A program made the translations under genes and the position numbers. Of a DNA stretch of 64,000 nucleotides, positions 10,140 through 19,312 are shown in pieces (within the stretch, counting starts at the first letter, position 1; each line of letters begins with the position of its first letter). Source of the stretch: Methanomassiliicoccaceae archaeon (GTDB lineage Archaea > Thermoplasmatota > Thermoplasmata > Methanomassiliicoccales > Methanomassiliicoccaceae); assembly GCA_963728405.1 (NCBI GenBank), contig CAVSJV010000002.1, positions 192,001-256,000 on the forward strand. The letters run 5' to 3'. The notes under the pieces are model-generated. The model was not told the origin of the DNA, did no database searches, and worked only from the letters and a program-made list of their open reading frames with translations.

Positions 10140-11043
10140 TGGTCTCGATGTTCCCGGCGACGATGAGCCGGTACTCCCGCACCGCATCGAAGCCGCACTG
10201 CTTGCAGGATTCGGTACCCTTCATGGGGCACCCATTGACCTGAGTGCCATCGGGCAAGGTGAACGAAGAAACCCAATATGGGCATTTCTGCGAGTAGTCC
10301 TCGATGAGCAGCTCCTTCAGCGCCCTTTCGGTGTTGAGGATCGGCAACTTCTCCTTCCGCCACTTCAAGGCGTCGCTCACCACTTGGACCTTCTCCTCGT
10401 GGCTGAGGGCGATCTCGTACGGTGGAGGGGTCAAGAAGTTGAGCATGAGGCCCCGGATATGCTTGTTGCCCTTGGCGACCTCGGCAGTCTCCTTGATAAC
10501 ATCGAGGTTGGGCTTCATCACCACCATGTTGGCAAAGATGTTGGGGTGGGTGGTATTTTCAAGGTTCTGCATCAGCAGATCATAGGTGCCCGGTCCACGG
10601 ATGCTGTCATGTACCCGCTTTGGTCCGTCCAGGCTTATCGACAGAACATCGCTCTCCTCGAATATCCTACCCGTACCATTGGTGGTGTATCCTATCACAT
10701 AGTAACCGATCCGGCGGCCTTCGGCGATCAGGTCTAGAAGGCCCTTGTCACCGTCCTTCCAGATAGTTGGCTCACCTCCTTCGAAGAACAATATCTTCGC
10801 TCCTTTGCGGTATTCCTCGGCCATATGCTCGGAAGCGTCCTTGAAGCTCATTGAATGGGCCCCGGGCAGTTTGTCATAATTGGCTGCAATCGAACAGTGC
10901 TGGCACTTGAGATTGCATGCATAATGGATGATCATGGTATTGACCAGCGGCCTCTTTATGCCGAACTTGGCACGCAGGAACCAGCTGGCGTAGTACGAGT
11001 ACTGGCGTAGAGAGCTTGCTGGGGACATGAGCCGAATGAACAT
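10099..11043 (-). CDS. Radical SAM protein with Cys-rich C-terminus
   Basis: CNLKCQHC, EGGEP, TTNG, SLDG...HDSIRG; C-terminal CP...CP...CKQC. Confidence 0.88.
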   Translation of the reverse strand: MFIRLMSPASSLRQYSYYASWFLRAKFGIKRPLVNTMIIHYACNLKCQHCSIAANYDKLPGAHSMSFKDASEHMAEEYRKGAKILFFEGGEPTIWKDGDKGLLDLIAEGRRIGYYVIGYTTNGTGRIFEESDVLSISLDGPKRVHDSIRGPGTYDLLMQNLENTTHPNIFANMVVMKPNLDVIKETAEVAKGNKHIRGLMLNFLTPPPYEIALSHEEKVQVVSDALKWRKEKLPILNTERALKELLIEDYSQKCPYWVSSFTLPDGTQVNGCPMKGTESCKQCGFDAVREYRLIVAGNIETITKMSRRFALSKR

Positions 11044-11060
11044 CCGGGCCGTATTTATGT

Positions 11061-12113
11061 TTAGCTAACCGATCTCCCTCTACCCATTCTCTGTAATAAC
11101 CAACGAGCTGGCAGAACTGCGGTTAAGATGATCAGTACTGGTCCGAGGATCCATCCCGCCCATAGTAGGAGGCCTAGGGCTCCGATGGTTAGCAGGGACA
11201 GCCTAGTACCGGTTCGCACCCCTTTCAGAGGTCGCTCCCTCTGCGCTATTCTCAAGACCGCCAACCCTAGCGCGAGGGGCAGGATGGCGAAAACGAGCGT
11301 CACTACCACGGCCGGCTCGGTCCCTGTCTGCGACAGTGCCCACAACATCTGATACAGGAGCGATATCCCAGAGGCGACCATCACTAGGCCAGATGCCGTG
11401 GCCAGCACCCATAGTGCATCAAGGGGTTGCATCCGCCTCCGGGATGCTGCCACCATTATCGCCAGGCCGACGATGAATGTGATGATGGCCGGCGCGAGCA
11501 CGACCATTAGGTTCTGCCCCTCCCACTGATAGATGGACAGCGCGCTGAATGGCACTAGCAGCCACTCCTCGATAGTAAAGCTCTCTCTGAGACCTACTGC
11601 TAGACCATAGTTGCCTCCAGTATCGTTCTCATAGATCGCCAGGTAATAATCGCCATCCTGAGGGGCGGAGACAGAAATCTCGCCCAGTTCATAGAACGCA
11701 CTGGGGGAGAAGGGTTCATATGATGGTCGGGGCGGGATCGCTCCCTGCACGGCCTTCACTCCTGCTCCCTCTGGGACCTGCAAATACGAGGGCACCGTAT
11801 CATTCCCTTCGATGCCGGGCCCCATCAACGCCATTGATGGTAGAAATCCAGAATCGGTCGCGGAGCGAGGGGCGGTCAGGGAGACAGTGATGTCCTCTCC
11901 CCCCTTCATGCTAAGAAGGTAGTACTGGGCTTCTCCTCCCTCGTGTAGCTGTGAATAGATGGCCCATGATTTGGTCGGATCATGTATGTCCTTGGCCTGC
12001 TCGAGGCTCTCGTTTCCCCCCGGGAACTCCGGAGCATGGGCAGAGACGGAGAGCGCCATCATTGTCACGATGAACATCGTGATGAGAGGGATAGCATATC
12101 TCCTTAGCATCAC
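11061..12113 (-). CDS. Membrane protein with signal peptide, extracellular domain and about 4 C-terminal TM segments
   Basis: Hydrophobic N-terminus ending SAHAP; YEPFS motif; hydrophobic C-terminus. Confidence 0.7.
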   Translation of the reverse strand: MMLRRYAIPLITMFIVTMMALSVSAHAPEFPGGNESLEQAKDIHDPTKSWAIYSQLHEGGEAQYYLLSMKGGEDITVSLTAPRSATDSGFLPSMALMGPGIEGNDTVPSYLQVPEGAGVKAVQGAIPPRPSYEPFSPSAFYELGEISVSAPQDGDYYLAIYENDTGGNYGLAVGLRESFTIEEWLLVPFSALSIYQWEGQNLMVVLAPAIITFIVGLAIMVAASRRRMQPLDALWVLATASGLVMVASGISLLYQMLWALSQTGTEPAVVVTLVFAILPLALGLAVLRIAQRERPLKGVRTGTRLSLLTIGALGLLLWAGWILGPVLIILTAVLPARWLLQRMGRGRSVS

Positions 12114-12244
12114 CTACAGATTCACTTATCTCGGCCAATAATCCTTTGCTCAATTTTCTGTGGTCGGTCTAGGGTCGGAGCGTCGAAGGCATCTTGAAAA
12201 TGTCATTGGGCTATCGAATTTCAAAGTTACTGGTAGAGGTGGAT

Positions 12245-13325
12245 TCAGACCCAGTCACTGTCGCCGAGCACCAAGTGATACCTGAGGTCACTGGCCAATC
12301 GCTCCTTTAACGTCGCATCGGAGGTCAGCTGGCGACAGATCAGGCGCATCTCTCCTTTCGCCATGGACCGGCTGTCTTAATAGGAAACCGAGGCGGCCCA
12401 GCTCAGGCAGGAAGGGGTGATCGGTGGGCAGCCACATCTGGAGCATGTTAGCATCTTCCTGATGGCATAGCTTCACGCATCTTTTGATCAATGCGTTCAG
12501 TGAATCCTGGTCATCGGTCAAGGTGATCAGGTCCACTATGTCCATATATCTCTGGCCGGAGACCAGATAAGGCCTTAGCACCGCATATCCAGATATCTTT
12601 CCGCTCTTCCGGGATATGATGATCTTGAATATGCCGCTCTCGGGCCGCTCGTACCTCCATCGCAGGTATTTCTCGTCCCTTTGGACAATGAAATCGAAAC
12701 TATGTTCGAACTCTTTGGTCAATGTTGTAATGTCATCAGGAAAGGTGGCGACCTCTTGAACATCGACCTCTTCCATGTCTATACTCCCACGCCCCCGGAC
12801 CAATTTCATCCCTCCGTAGGCCATCTTCTTCAATGTGCCGAACTTTACACTACTGAAGAACCTGTCGGGATTGGTTATCAGCTCATATTGCCCCATCCTG
12901 ACCGACATCTCTACGAAATTGGCCTTCAAGCAGAGCTCGTAACCTGCTGGGGAGGGGATGGCGAATTCCATCTCTATTCCGCTCTCGAGGTCACGGGTGT
13001 AGAGGGCGGACATTACGCTTTCCATCAGTCCTTGGCCCCGGTTCCCGGGGTCGGTGAACAGGTCCGAGAACTGTGCGCATAGGTGAACCCTCTGGCCCAT
13101 TATCAGCTCAGTAGGCAAGCTGGCTGCATGGCTCAGGACCTTACCGTCGGTTATGGCTACGATCTCGTTGGTGAAACCGATCGGATTTTGGATGTATCGC
13201 CATTCCCAGAAATCGATGGCCGTCCCCCGATGATCATAACCCGGCCACTCGGCCGTTCGGCCTAACAATCCTACTATGCTCCCCGAGTCGCCTTTTTCGG
13301 CCGTTCTTAATTGGACAGTAACCAT
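12245..13325 (-). CDS. Tandem GNAT acetyltransferase; frameshift near 12352
   Basis: FWEWRY, TDPGNRGQGL acetyl-CoA motif, RDEKYLRWRY; the alternate frame gives a family-typical ...LGDSDWV* end at 12245. Confidence 0.8.
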
Positions 13326-13474
13326 GCCAGGGCTTCCCGTTAGGTTCACTTACCGGTGAACTATGTTTCTCATACCATTATAATGTTACTGGGGTAGCCC
13401 GGACATCAATTAGCCGCTGGCCATCTGGCCGGCAGTGTATACCACACGATGGACCTGTCAAGGGAGTGGCTACA

Positions 13475-13912
13475 ATGGCCGATGAGGCCGGTTACCACTC
13501 TTTCGCCGTTCCCGCCGGCGATTATGACCTGATCATCTCCAAGGCCGGGTGCCCGACCGCACATGCGTCGGTGACCATGTTGGCGGGGGAGACCAGTTAG
13601 ATCGAGGCGATCGAACTGGCCTTGGAAAATGATACCATTGCAGGTATCGACAGCACCCAGTTGTTCATTGTCCTGCTGGATACGATCATCTCCCTGGGGC
13701 TGGTCTTTGCGGTGGCCCGTCGCCGGTGGAAGGAAAACCCTCTCGCATTTTCTCTCTTTCACTCCATTTTAGATATATGGGGTTTCAAGTATTGGGCATG
13801 GTCCGCTTCTTCATCGGCTGCAGCGGGTGGAGCTATCCTGATTGGCACCGAAGATTTTATCCTGCCAGCATCCCGCCCAGGGAGTTCCTCCAGTATTATT
13901 CGAAAAGAATGA
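13475..13912 (+). pseudogene. Remnant of a surface protein (carboxypeptidase-regulatory-like beta domain plus TM anchor) with in-frame TAG at 13598
   Basis: ADEAGYHSFAVPAGDYDLIISKAG...*IEAIELAL...LFIVLLDTIISLGLVFAVARRR read in one frame. Confidence 0.5.
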
Positions 13913-14553
13913 GCACCGTGGAGGTGAATATGACCTTTTACCACTTTCCCACGCCTAGCGTGGTCAATGATTGGTACTCGAACACCCCAGATGATTTCAT
14001 CTTCTCCGTCAAGATGAACAGGACCATAACTCATTATCGTAAGCTCAGGGACGTAGACCGATACGTCGAATCTTTTGTTAATATAATGTCGGGGTTTGAA
14101 GGAAAGCTTGGCCCCATATTGGTTCAGTTACCACCCAATCTCCCTCCCGATAACGTACTGCTTGAAAAATTTCTTATGGCCTTGCCTCGATCGGCCTCCT
14201 ACGCCATCGAGTTCAGGGACAGGAGCTGGCTAACCTCCAGGACCTATGACCTTTTGGAGAGGAATGGTGTGGCACTTGTCCTAACCGATCTCCCGGCTCC
14301 GAGGTCCGATGCGGTGGTGACCGCCGATTTGTGCTATATCCGGTGGCATGGACGTTCCGGACCGGGCTATGCGTATTCCATGGAGGAACTGAAAGTGTGG
14401 GCCGGTATCTTATTGGACCTTCCGGTCGATAGTGTCTTTGGATACTTCAATAATGATGTGGGGGCCGCGGCTCCTCGAAATGCCCTGGCCCTGCAACACA
14501 TCTTAGGTCCAAAGGGGGCGAACGGAAATGAGGTCAGCAAGGCAAGGCGATGA
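13798..14553 (+). CDS. DUF72 family protein
   Basis: IGCSGWSY, VEVNMTFY, LVQLPP, AIEFR, YIRWHG and YFNND motifs. Confidence 0.9.
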   Translation: MVRFFIGCSGWSYPDWHRRFYPASIPPREFLQYYSKRMSTVEVNMTFYHFPTPSVVNDWYSNTPDDFIFSVKMNRTITHYRKLRDVDRYVESFVNIMSGFEGKLGPILVQLPPNLPPDNVLLEKFLMALPRSASYAIEFRDRSWLTSRTYDLLERNGVALVLTDLPAPRSDAVVTADLCYIRWHGRSGPGYAYSMEELKVWAGILLDLPVDSVFGYFNNDVGAAAPRNALALQHILGPKGANGNEVSKARR

Positions 14554-14704
14554 CCTCGCTATTGGAGCATATCTGTAACTTTGGGCCTCATATAACTCGG
14601 TCAGGAACACTAGCAATTGTCCGACTAATACATTTTTTTGACCTTCGGCTACGATACTTTTATAGCACACTCCATTAATTTTCCGCGAGAAAAGGGGATC
14701 CATA

Positions 14705-15235
14705 ATGCCAGACATACGTCAGAGGGTCCAAGAGGACCAGGGAATCCTGAAGAAGATCCAGATGTTCGTCCCCGGCTTCCGGGGATATCGGCAACGGGAA
14801 GACCTCAGGGACGCCGATCGGATGCTACGGGACCAGCTGGCGAAGAAACTGGGCACCCAGCGTAAGCAGGTCGAGGATGCTCGCTCCCTCGTGTTGAACG
14901 CCTACAACTCCAAGGAGCTGGAGCTCATGGGCGGGGTCATCAACGAGTACAAGAAGGTCGAAGGACTAGTATCTCATTCCTCTCCCGGCTACTCGGGAAT
15001 ATCGGCTGATATCCAGTTCAAGCAGGATGAGATCTACCGCCTTTATGACTACGACGCGGCCATGATCGACGGCCTGGCGGCCCTGCAGCAAGGCATCGAG
15101 GCCATGAAGGCCGCTTTGGTCGCACAGGACAGCACTCGGGCCCAGCAGGATGTACTGCAGGTCAAGATGCTCATTACCAATTTTGAGGACCAGTTCAAAC
15201 GTCGCCTCGACATCATCCAGGGCACGGAGGTCTGA
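14705..15235 (+). CDS. Alpha-helical/coiled-coil hypothetical protein, first gene of the SPFH operon
   Basis: 176-aa ORF with TATA-like TTTTATA upstream; PGFRGYRQRE...R.AD motif; next gene starts 2 nt later. Confidence 0.8.
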   Translation: MPDIRQRVQEDQGILKKIQMFVPGFRGYRQREDLRDADRMLRDQLAKKLGTQRKQVEDARSLVLNAYNSKELELMGGVINEYKKVEGLVSHSSPGYSGISADIQFKQDEIYRLYDYDAAMIDGLAALQQGIEAMKAALVAQDSTRAQQDVLQVKMLITNFEDQFKRRLDIIQGTEV

Positions 15236-15237
15236 AC

Positions 15238-16368
15238 ATGAGCGTAATGGGATCGACCACCATCTCGTGGAACGATGCGGACAAGCGGACCAACATCATG
15301 TTCCGCAATCCCCGGCTGATCAGGTATAACGACAATGTAGTGGTTCGAGAGGACGAGATCGCCGTTTTCTACCGTGATGGTAAGGCCCTCACCTATTTCG
15401 ACCGCCCTGATCGTTACGCTCTTACTGACATCAACGCCCCTATCGTGGGAAAGCTGGTCAAGTTCCTCAGCGGGGTTCAGCAACAGGCTGAGGTCGTCTA
15501 CCTTCAGAAGCGGGTATTCGACGGCAAGTTTGGCTCCAAGCAGCCCTATCAGTTCCGGGACAAGGAGTTCGGGGTCGTCAATCTCCGGGTGTTCGGTGAG
15601 TTCCGTTACAAGATCTCACAGCCCGAGAACTTCGTCAACCAGTTCGTCGGTACCTTGAACTACGCCACCTCTGCGGAGGTGGAAGAACGCATCAAGGAAC
15701 AGATGGTAATCCTCATCTACAATGTGGTCGGCGAGATGAAGAACCAAGGAATGGGCGTGGCCGATTTAGCCTCTAGCCTCATGAACATCGAGCAGGGCGT
15801 GCTCACCAAGGCCAAGGACCACTACGACCTCTATGGTATCGGTGTGGATAAGGTCTCTGGTCTATACATCTCCCTGCCTGACGAGGTCCAGAAGGCCGTT
15901 GATACCAGGGCCTCCATGCAGGTTCTTGGTACCAACTACATCGGCTATCAGAGTGGTCAGGCCATGCGTGAAGCGGCCTCCAATCCCTCGGGCGGTGCGG
16001 CCGGGGTCGGCGTCGGCGTAGGGGCCGGGGTCGGTCTGGGATACACAATGGTCGATCAGATGAGGCAACAGCCCCCCTCTGGTCAACAGCAGAGTGGGGG
16101 AGGAGCAGTGCCGTTCGGTAACGCCAATACCATCAAGTGCCCGAAGTGTGGCGCGATGAACCCGCCCACCAACAAGTTCTGCTCTGAGTGCGGGACGAAG
16201 TTCGAGGCCGACAAGAAGTGCCCGAAGTGCGGGGCCAATGTACCGGCAGGCTCTAAGTTCTGTCCCGAGTGCGGGAACCCCATGAGCAACAAGAATTGCC
16301 CTAATTGCGGAGCGGAAGTGCCCGCGGGTACCAAGTTCTGTCCTGAGTGCGGCAAGCCTATACAATGA
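15238..16368 (+). CDS. SPFH (YdjI-like) protein with three double zinc ribbons
   Basis: VVVREDEIAVFYRDG, LRVFGEFRYKI, SLPDEVQKAVD, a Gly-rich GVGVG segment, six CxxCG motifs. Confidence 0.9.
   Translation: MSVMGSTTISWNDADKRTNIMFRNPRLIRYNDNVVVREDEIAVFYRDGKALTYFDRPDRYALTDINAPIVGKLVKFLSGVQQQAEVVYLQKRVFDGKFGSKQPYQFRDKEFGVVNLRVFGEFRYKISQPENFVNQFVGTLNYATSAEVEERIKEQMVILIYNVVGEMKNQGMGVADLASSLMNIEQGVLTKAKDHYDLYGIGVDKVSGLYISLPDEVQKAVDTRASMQVLGTNYIGYQSGQAMREAASNPSGGAAGVGVGVGAGVGLGYTMVDQMRQQPPSGQQQSGGGAVPFGNANTIKCPKCGAMNPPTNKFCSECGTKFEADKKCPKCGANVPAGSKFCPECGNPMSNKNCPNCGAEVPAGTKFCPECGKPIQ
16138..16360 (+). repeat. Three tandem double-zinc-ribbon coding repeats
   Basis: TGCCC(G/T)AA(G/T)TG...AAGTTCTG...GAGTGCGG unit occurs three times. 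Confidence 0.8.
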
Positions 16369-16377
16369 GGTCCCACA

Positions 16378-17122
16378 ATGGCCCAGATCAAATGTCCGAA
16401 GTGTGCGGCACCAGTGGAGTTCGACGCTGGCACCAAGTTCACAAAATGCAGCTATTGTGGCTCGCTGATATACCTCGACCGCACTGGAGCGGGGTTCTAT
16501 TATGCCATCCCGTTCAGACTGAGCCAGAACGATGCCGTAGGTACGTTCCGGCGGTGGGCCGGCGGGTCCACCAAGGCCAAGGACCTGGACCGATTGGCCC
16601 AGGTCACGACGGTCAAGAAGCAGTATTTCCCAGTGTACCTGTTCCGCAGAGATGTGGGAGGCAAAGAGGAAGTGATCATCGAGCCGGCCGGATCTACCAT
16701 CCTGCCGGGGCTCCATCGTCTCAAGGTGCCCGGCGGGGACCTCAAGGATCTTCGACGCTACTTTCGATACCTCCGGGGCGGAGCTCATCAAGCCAGATAT
16801 CGAGATGCTCCACTATATGGATTCCTTACCGGGCAACGGGAAGGAGCAAGCGCTGGTTTTCTTCCCCATCTGGACCATCGAGTATACTTTCAACGGGGGG
16901 AAATATCAGGTAGTGGTGGACGCCTCTTCATCAGAAGTTTTCGCCGCGACCTTTCCCACCAGGAGCTCGGCCGCCTATATCATGGTGGCCTTGATCGGTT
17001 TTGTCGCCTTCCTGGCCGAAGGATTCCTGGCAACCCAGTTCCTGGTCCTCGCGCTCCTGTTGATGGCCTTGACGGTGGTAGCGGTGTTCTTCATTTCGCT
17101 CACCGTGGCAAGGAGGATGTAA
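16378..17122 (+). CDS. Zinc-ribbon protein with 2 C-terminal TM segments; frameshift near 16746
   Basis: CPKC...CSYC, YFPVYLF; second frame VFFPIWTIEYTFNGGKYQVVVDA plus TM segments. Confidence 0.8.
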
Positions 17123-17123
17123 G

Positions 17124-18125
17124 ATGAGCGATCTGTCGGTCGGCCTAAGCTGCCCCTCCTGCGGGGGTGCCATATCTATCAAGGAAGGCGACAATGTCGT
17201 TAATTGCCAGTACTGCGGATCGACCCTTTTCATCGAAGGGGACCAGGGAGTGCAGACCATCGCATTCAAGAATAAGATGGGCCGTGAGGCAGCCGTCAAC
17301 GCCGCCCAGTTCTGGTGGAAGAAAGGCTTCAAGGCCCGGGACCTGCGCAAGACCGGCGTGGTCATCGAGTGTTACCCCATCTACCTACCGTTCTGGAGCA
17401 TAGGGACGAGGGTGGCAGGATGGGTATGCGGTTATGAAGAGAGGACCCATACAGATTCTAAAGGCCGCTCCCATACTGAGAAGGTCTACAAAGAGGAAAT
17501 GGTCCTCCATGACATGGTGTTCTCGGAGATCGCCTGCGACCCCGGGGACCTGGGCCTCCGCACCATGCGCAACTTCTCTGGTGAATCGTCATTTGAGGAC
17601 TTCGATATGATCCCCACCTTCGAGTCGACCACCAGCCATGACGATGCCAACGCGCATGCCAAGGCCGACTCCATCGAACGAGGGCGGGCGTCTGCTCATG
17701 TCCCCCATGTAACTTTTGAGAAACTACATGTCCTTATCAGAAATACATCCATGATATACTACCCCGTCTGGGTGGTCCGCTACAATTACAAAGAAAGGAT
17801 GTACATCCTCACCGTCGATGGGGTGACCGGACAGGTGCTCTCGGGTCGTGCTCCAGGCGATCCCCTGTTCCAGAGCCTGGCGGTGACCGCAGGGACGTCC
17901 ATCGGTGGGCTGGCCGCGGCCGGCGGCATACTGTTCACGGTGGAGTCCGGATCGGAGTTCGGCATCGCCGGAGTGATCTTTGGGCTCATCGTTCTGGGGG
18001 CCACCTATTTCTTCTTCAGGCACGGGTCTGAGATCATCGAGGGTGACTTTGCCGATAAGAAGAGGATGATGAACCTCAAGCAGATGGCCGACATCGGTAA
18101 AACCATAGGGGGGGCATACAGATGA
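17124..18125 (+). CDS. Zinc-ribbon membrane protein, YdjG-like
   Basis: CPSC...CQYC, YLPFW, YYPVWVVRY...TVDGVTGQV, 2 TM segments. Confidence 0.82.
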   Translation: MSDLSVGLSCPSCGGAISIKEGDNVVNCQYCGSTLFIEGDQGVQTIAFKNKMGREAAVNAAQFWWKKGFKARDLRKTGVVIECYPIYLPFWSIGTRVAGWVCGYEERTHTDSKGRSHTEKVYKEEMVLHDMVFSEIACDPGDLGLRTMRNFSGESSFEDFDMIPTFESTTSHDDANAHAKADSIERGRASAHVPHVTFEKLHVLIRNTSMIYYPVWVVRYNYKERMYILTVDGVTGQVLSGRAPGDPLFQSLAVTAGTSIGGLAAAGGILFTVESGSEFGIAGVIFGLIVLGATYFFFRHGSEIIEGDFADKKRMMNLKQMADIGKTIGGAYR

Positions 18126-18712
18126 AAGTGAGCCAGGTCAAATGCCCACAATGTGGCCAGGCCATCTATGAGAAGCAGAAGGACGAGATGTTCCACTGCC
18201 AAAACTGCGGCACCATCCACTATCGGGACCTGCACGGCGTGCACAGGGTGGCCTATGAGATCGCCGTAGCGACGAGCAATGCGGCCGGGCAGAGGTACTA
18301 TATGCCCTTCTGGCGACTGTACTGCAACTTCAATATAAGATCCCGGAACGTAGAGGGGGGGTTCCTGCACAAGCTCTCCAACATGGTCAACGGGGGCGAT
18401 AACGGCGGCGCGTTGTACATCTTCGTGCCTGCCTCGGATGTCGATACCGCCACCTTTCGACACTGGGCGGTGGCTCTGACGAACTCCAACCCCCGGTATG
18501 GGGTCCGGTCGGACTTCAACAACACCGAGCGGCTGTCCACAACGATCAATCAAGAGGAGGCCATCGAGATGGCCGATTTCGTGGCCGTGACCCTTGAGGC
18601 GGAGAAGCCAGGGACCCTGCAATACCTTGACTATGATCTCAAGGTGCAGGAGGCCAAGCTCGTCTATCTACCTTTCGTGCAAGGGCCCAATGGTCTCCAG
18701 CTGGCCTTGTGA
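18122..18712 (+). CDS. Soluble zinc-ribbon protein
   Basis: CPQC...CQNC, YMPFW, VYLPF; ATGA overlap with the previous gene. Confidence 0.8.
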   Translation: MKVSQVKCPQCGQAIYEKQKDEMFHCQNCGTIHYRDLHGVHRVAYEIAVATSNAAGQRYYMPFWRLYCNFNIRSRNVEGGFLHKLSNMVNGGDNGGALYIFVPASDVDTATFRHWAVALTNSNPRYGVRSDFNNTERLSTTINQEEAIEMADFVAVTLEAEKPGTLQYLDYDLKVQEAKLVYLPFVQGPNGLQLAL

Positions 18713-18724
18713 AGCGTTCGTCTA

Positions 18725-18772
18725 GCGAGGCAGGGGCTCGCACAAAAAGGTAAACCCCCTTTCCCTTTTCCC
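18725..18772 (+). terminator. Hairpin plus pyrimidine tract after the zinc-ribbon operon
   Basis: GCGAG-N7-CTCGC followed by AAACCCCCTTTCCCTTTTCC. Confidence 0.5.
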
Positions 18773-18829
18773 TCGGGAGGCTTCTCTTCCAGGCATATCC
18801 TTTTGAACTAGCTCGCTATTTTTTACTGC

Positions 18830-19300
18830 ATGACCGGAGCGGATCTAGGGCTCATTTTTATCATCATTGGAGTGCTCATGTTGCTGGCCGAGGCGGTGAC
18901 CCCAGGCGCGTTCCTGGTCGTTCCGGCCACGGTCCTGCTTGTGTTGGGAGCGCTGGGCCTGGTCGCGCCAGACCTTTTGTTGAGCATCTGGTCTCCGATC
19001 CTCGCCGTCGTGATCGGTGTACCGGTGTTCATCCTCACAGTCAAGATGTACCAGAAATTGTCGCCCCTCAGGCCTCCCACCACCACAGTGGCCACGTCTC
19101 TTATCGGGATGGAGGGCTTGGTCATCACCGATACCTGCCCAAACACTCTTAAGGGCAAAGTGAAGATAGAGAACGATATATGGAGCGCCACTTCAACACG
19201 CCCGGTTCCGGCCGGATATAGGGTGAAGGTTGTAGAAAGTGAAGGTGTTCATGTTAAGGTCGAGCCTATCGGGGACGTCCCCGAGGCCGAATGCAAGTAA
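18830..19300 (+). CDS. Short NfeD family protein
   Basis: N-terminal TM segments, LIGMEGLV, GKVKIENDIWSA, VKVVESEG OB-fold pattern; directly precedes a stomatin gene. Confidence 0.88.
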   Translation: MTGADLGLIFIIIGVLMLLAEAVTPGAFLVVPATVLLVLGALGLVAPDLLLSIWSPILAVVIGVPVFILTVKMYQKLSPLRPPTTTVATSLIGMEGLVITDTCPNTLKGKVKIENDIWSATSTRPVPAGYRVKVVESEGVHVKVEPIGDVPEAECK

Positions 19301-19312
19301 GGGGGAGAAGAC

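Noticed and set aside
16138-16360. Regularly spaced DNA repeats as a possible CRISPR array
   Set aside because: In-frame degenerate repeats encoding zinc ribbons; no identical repeats with unique spacers seen anywhere in the window
15862-16791. Long antisense ORFs (here, and at 1354-2145, 19652-20521, 32569-33291, 61357-62166)
   Set aside because: Shadows of real genes in GC-rich DNA; no recognisable motifs
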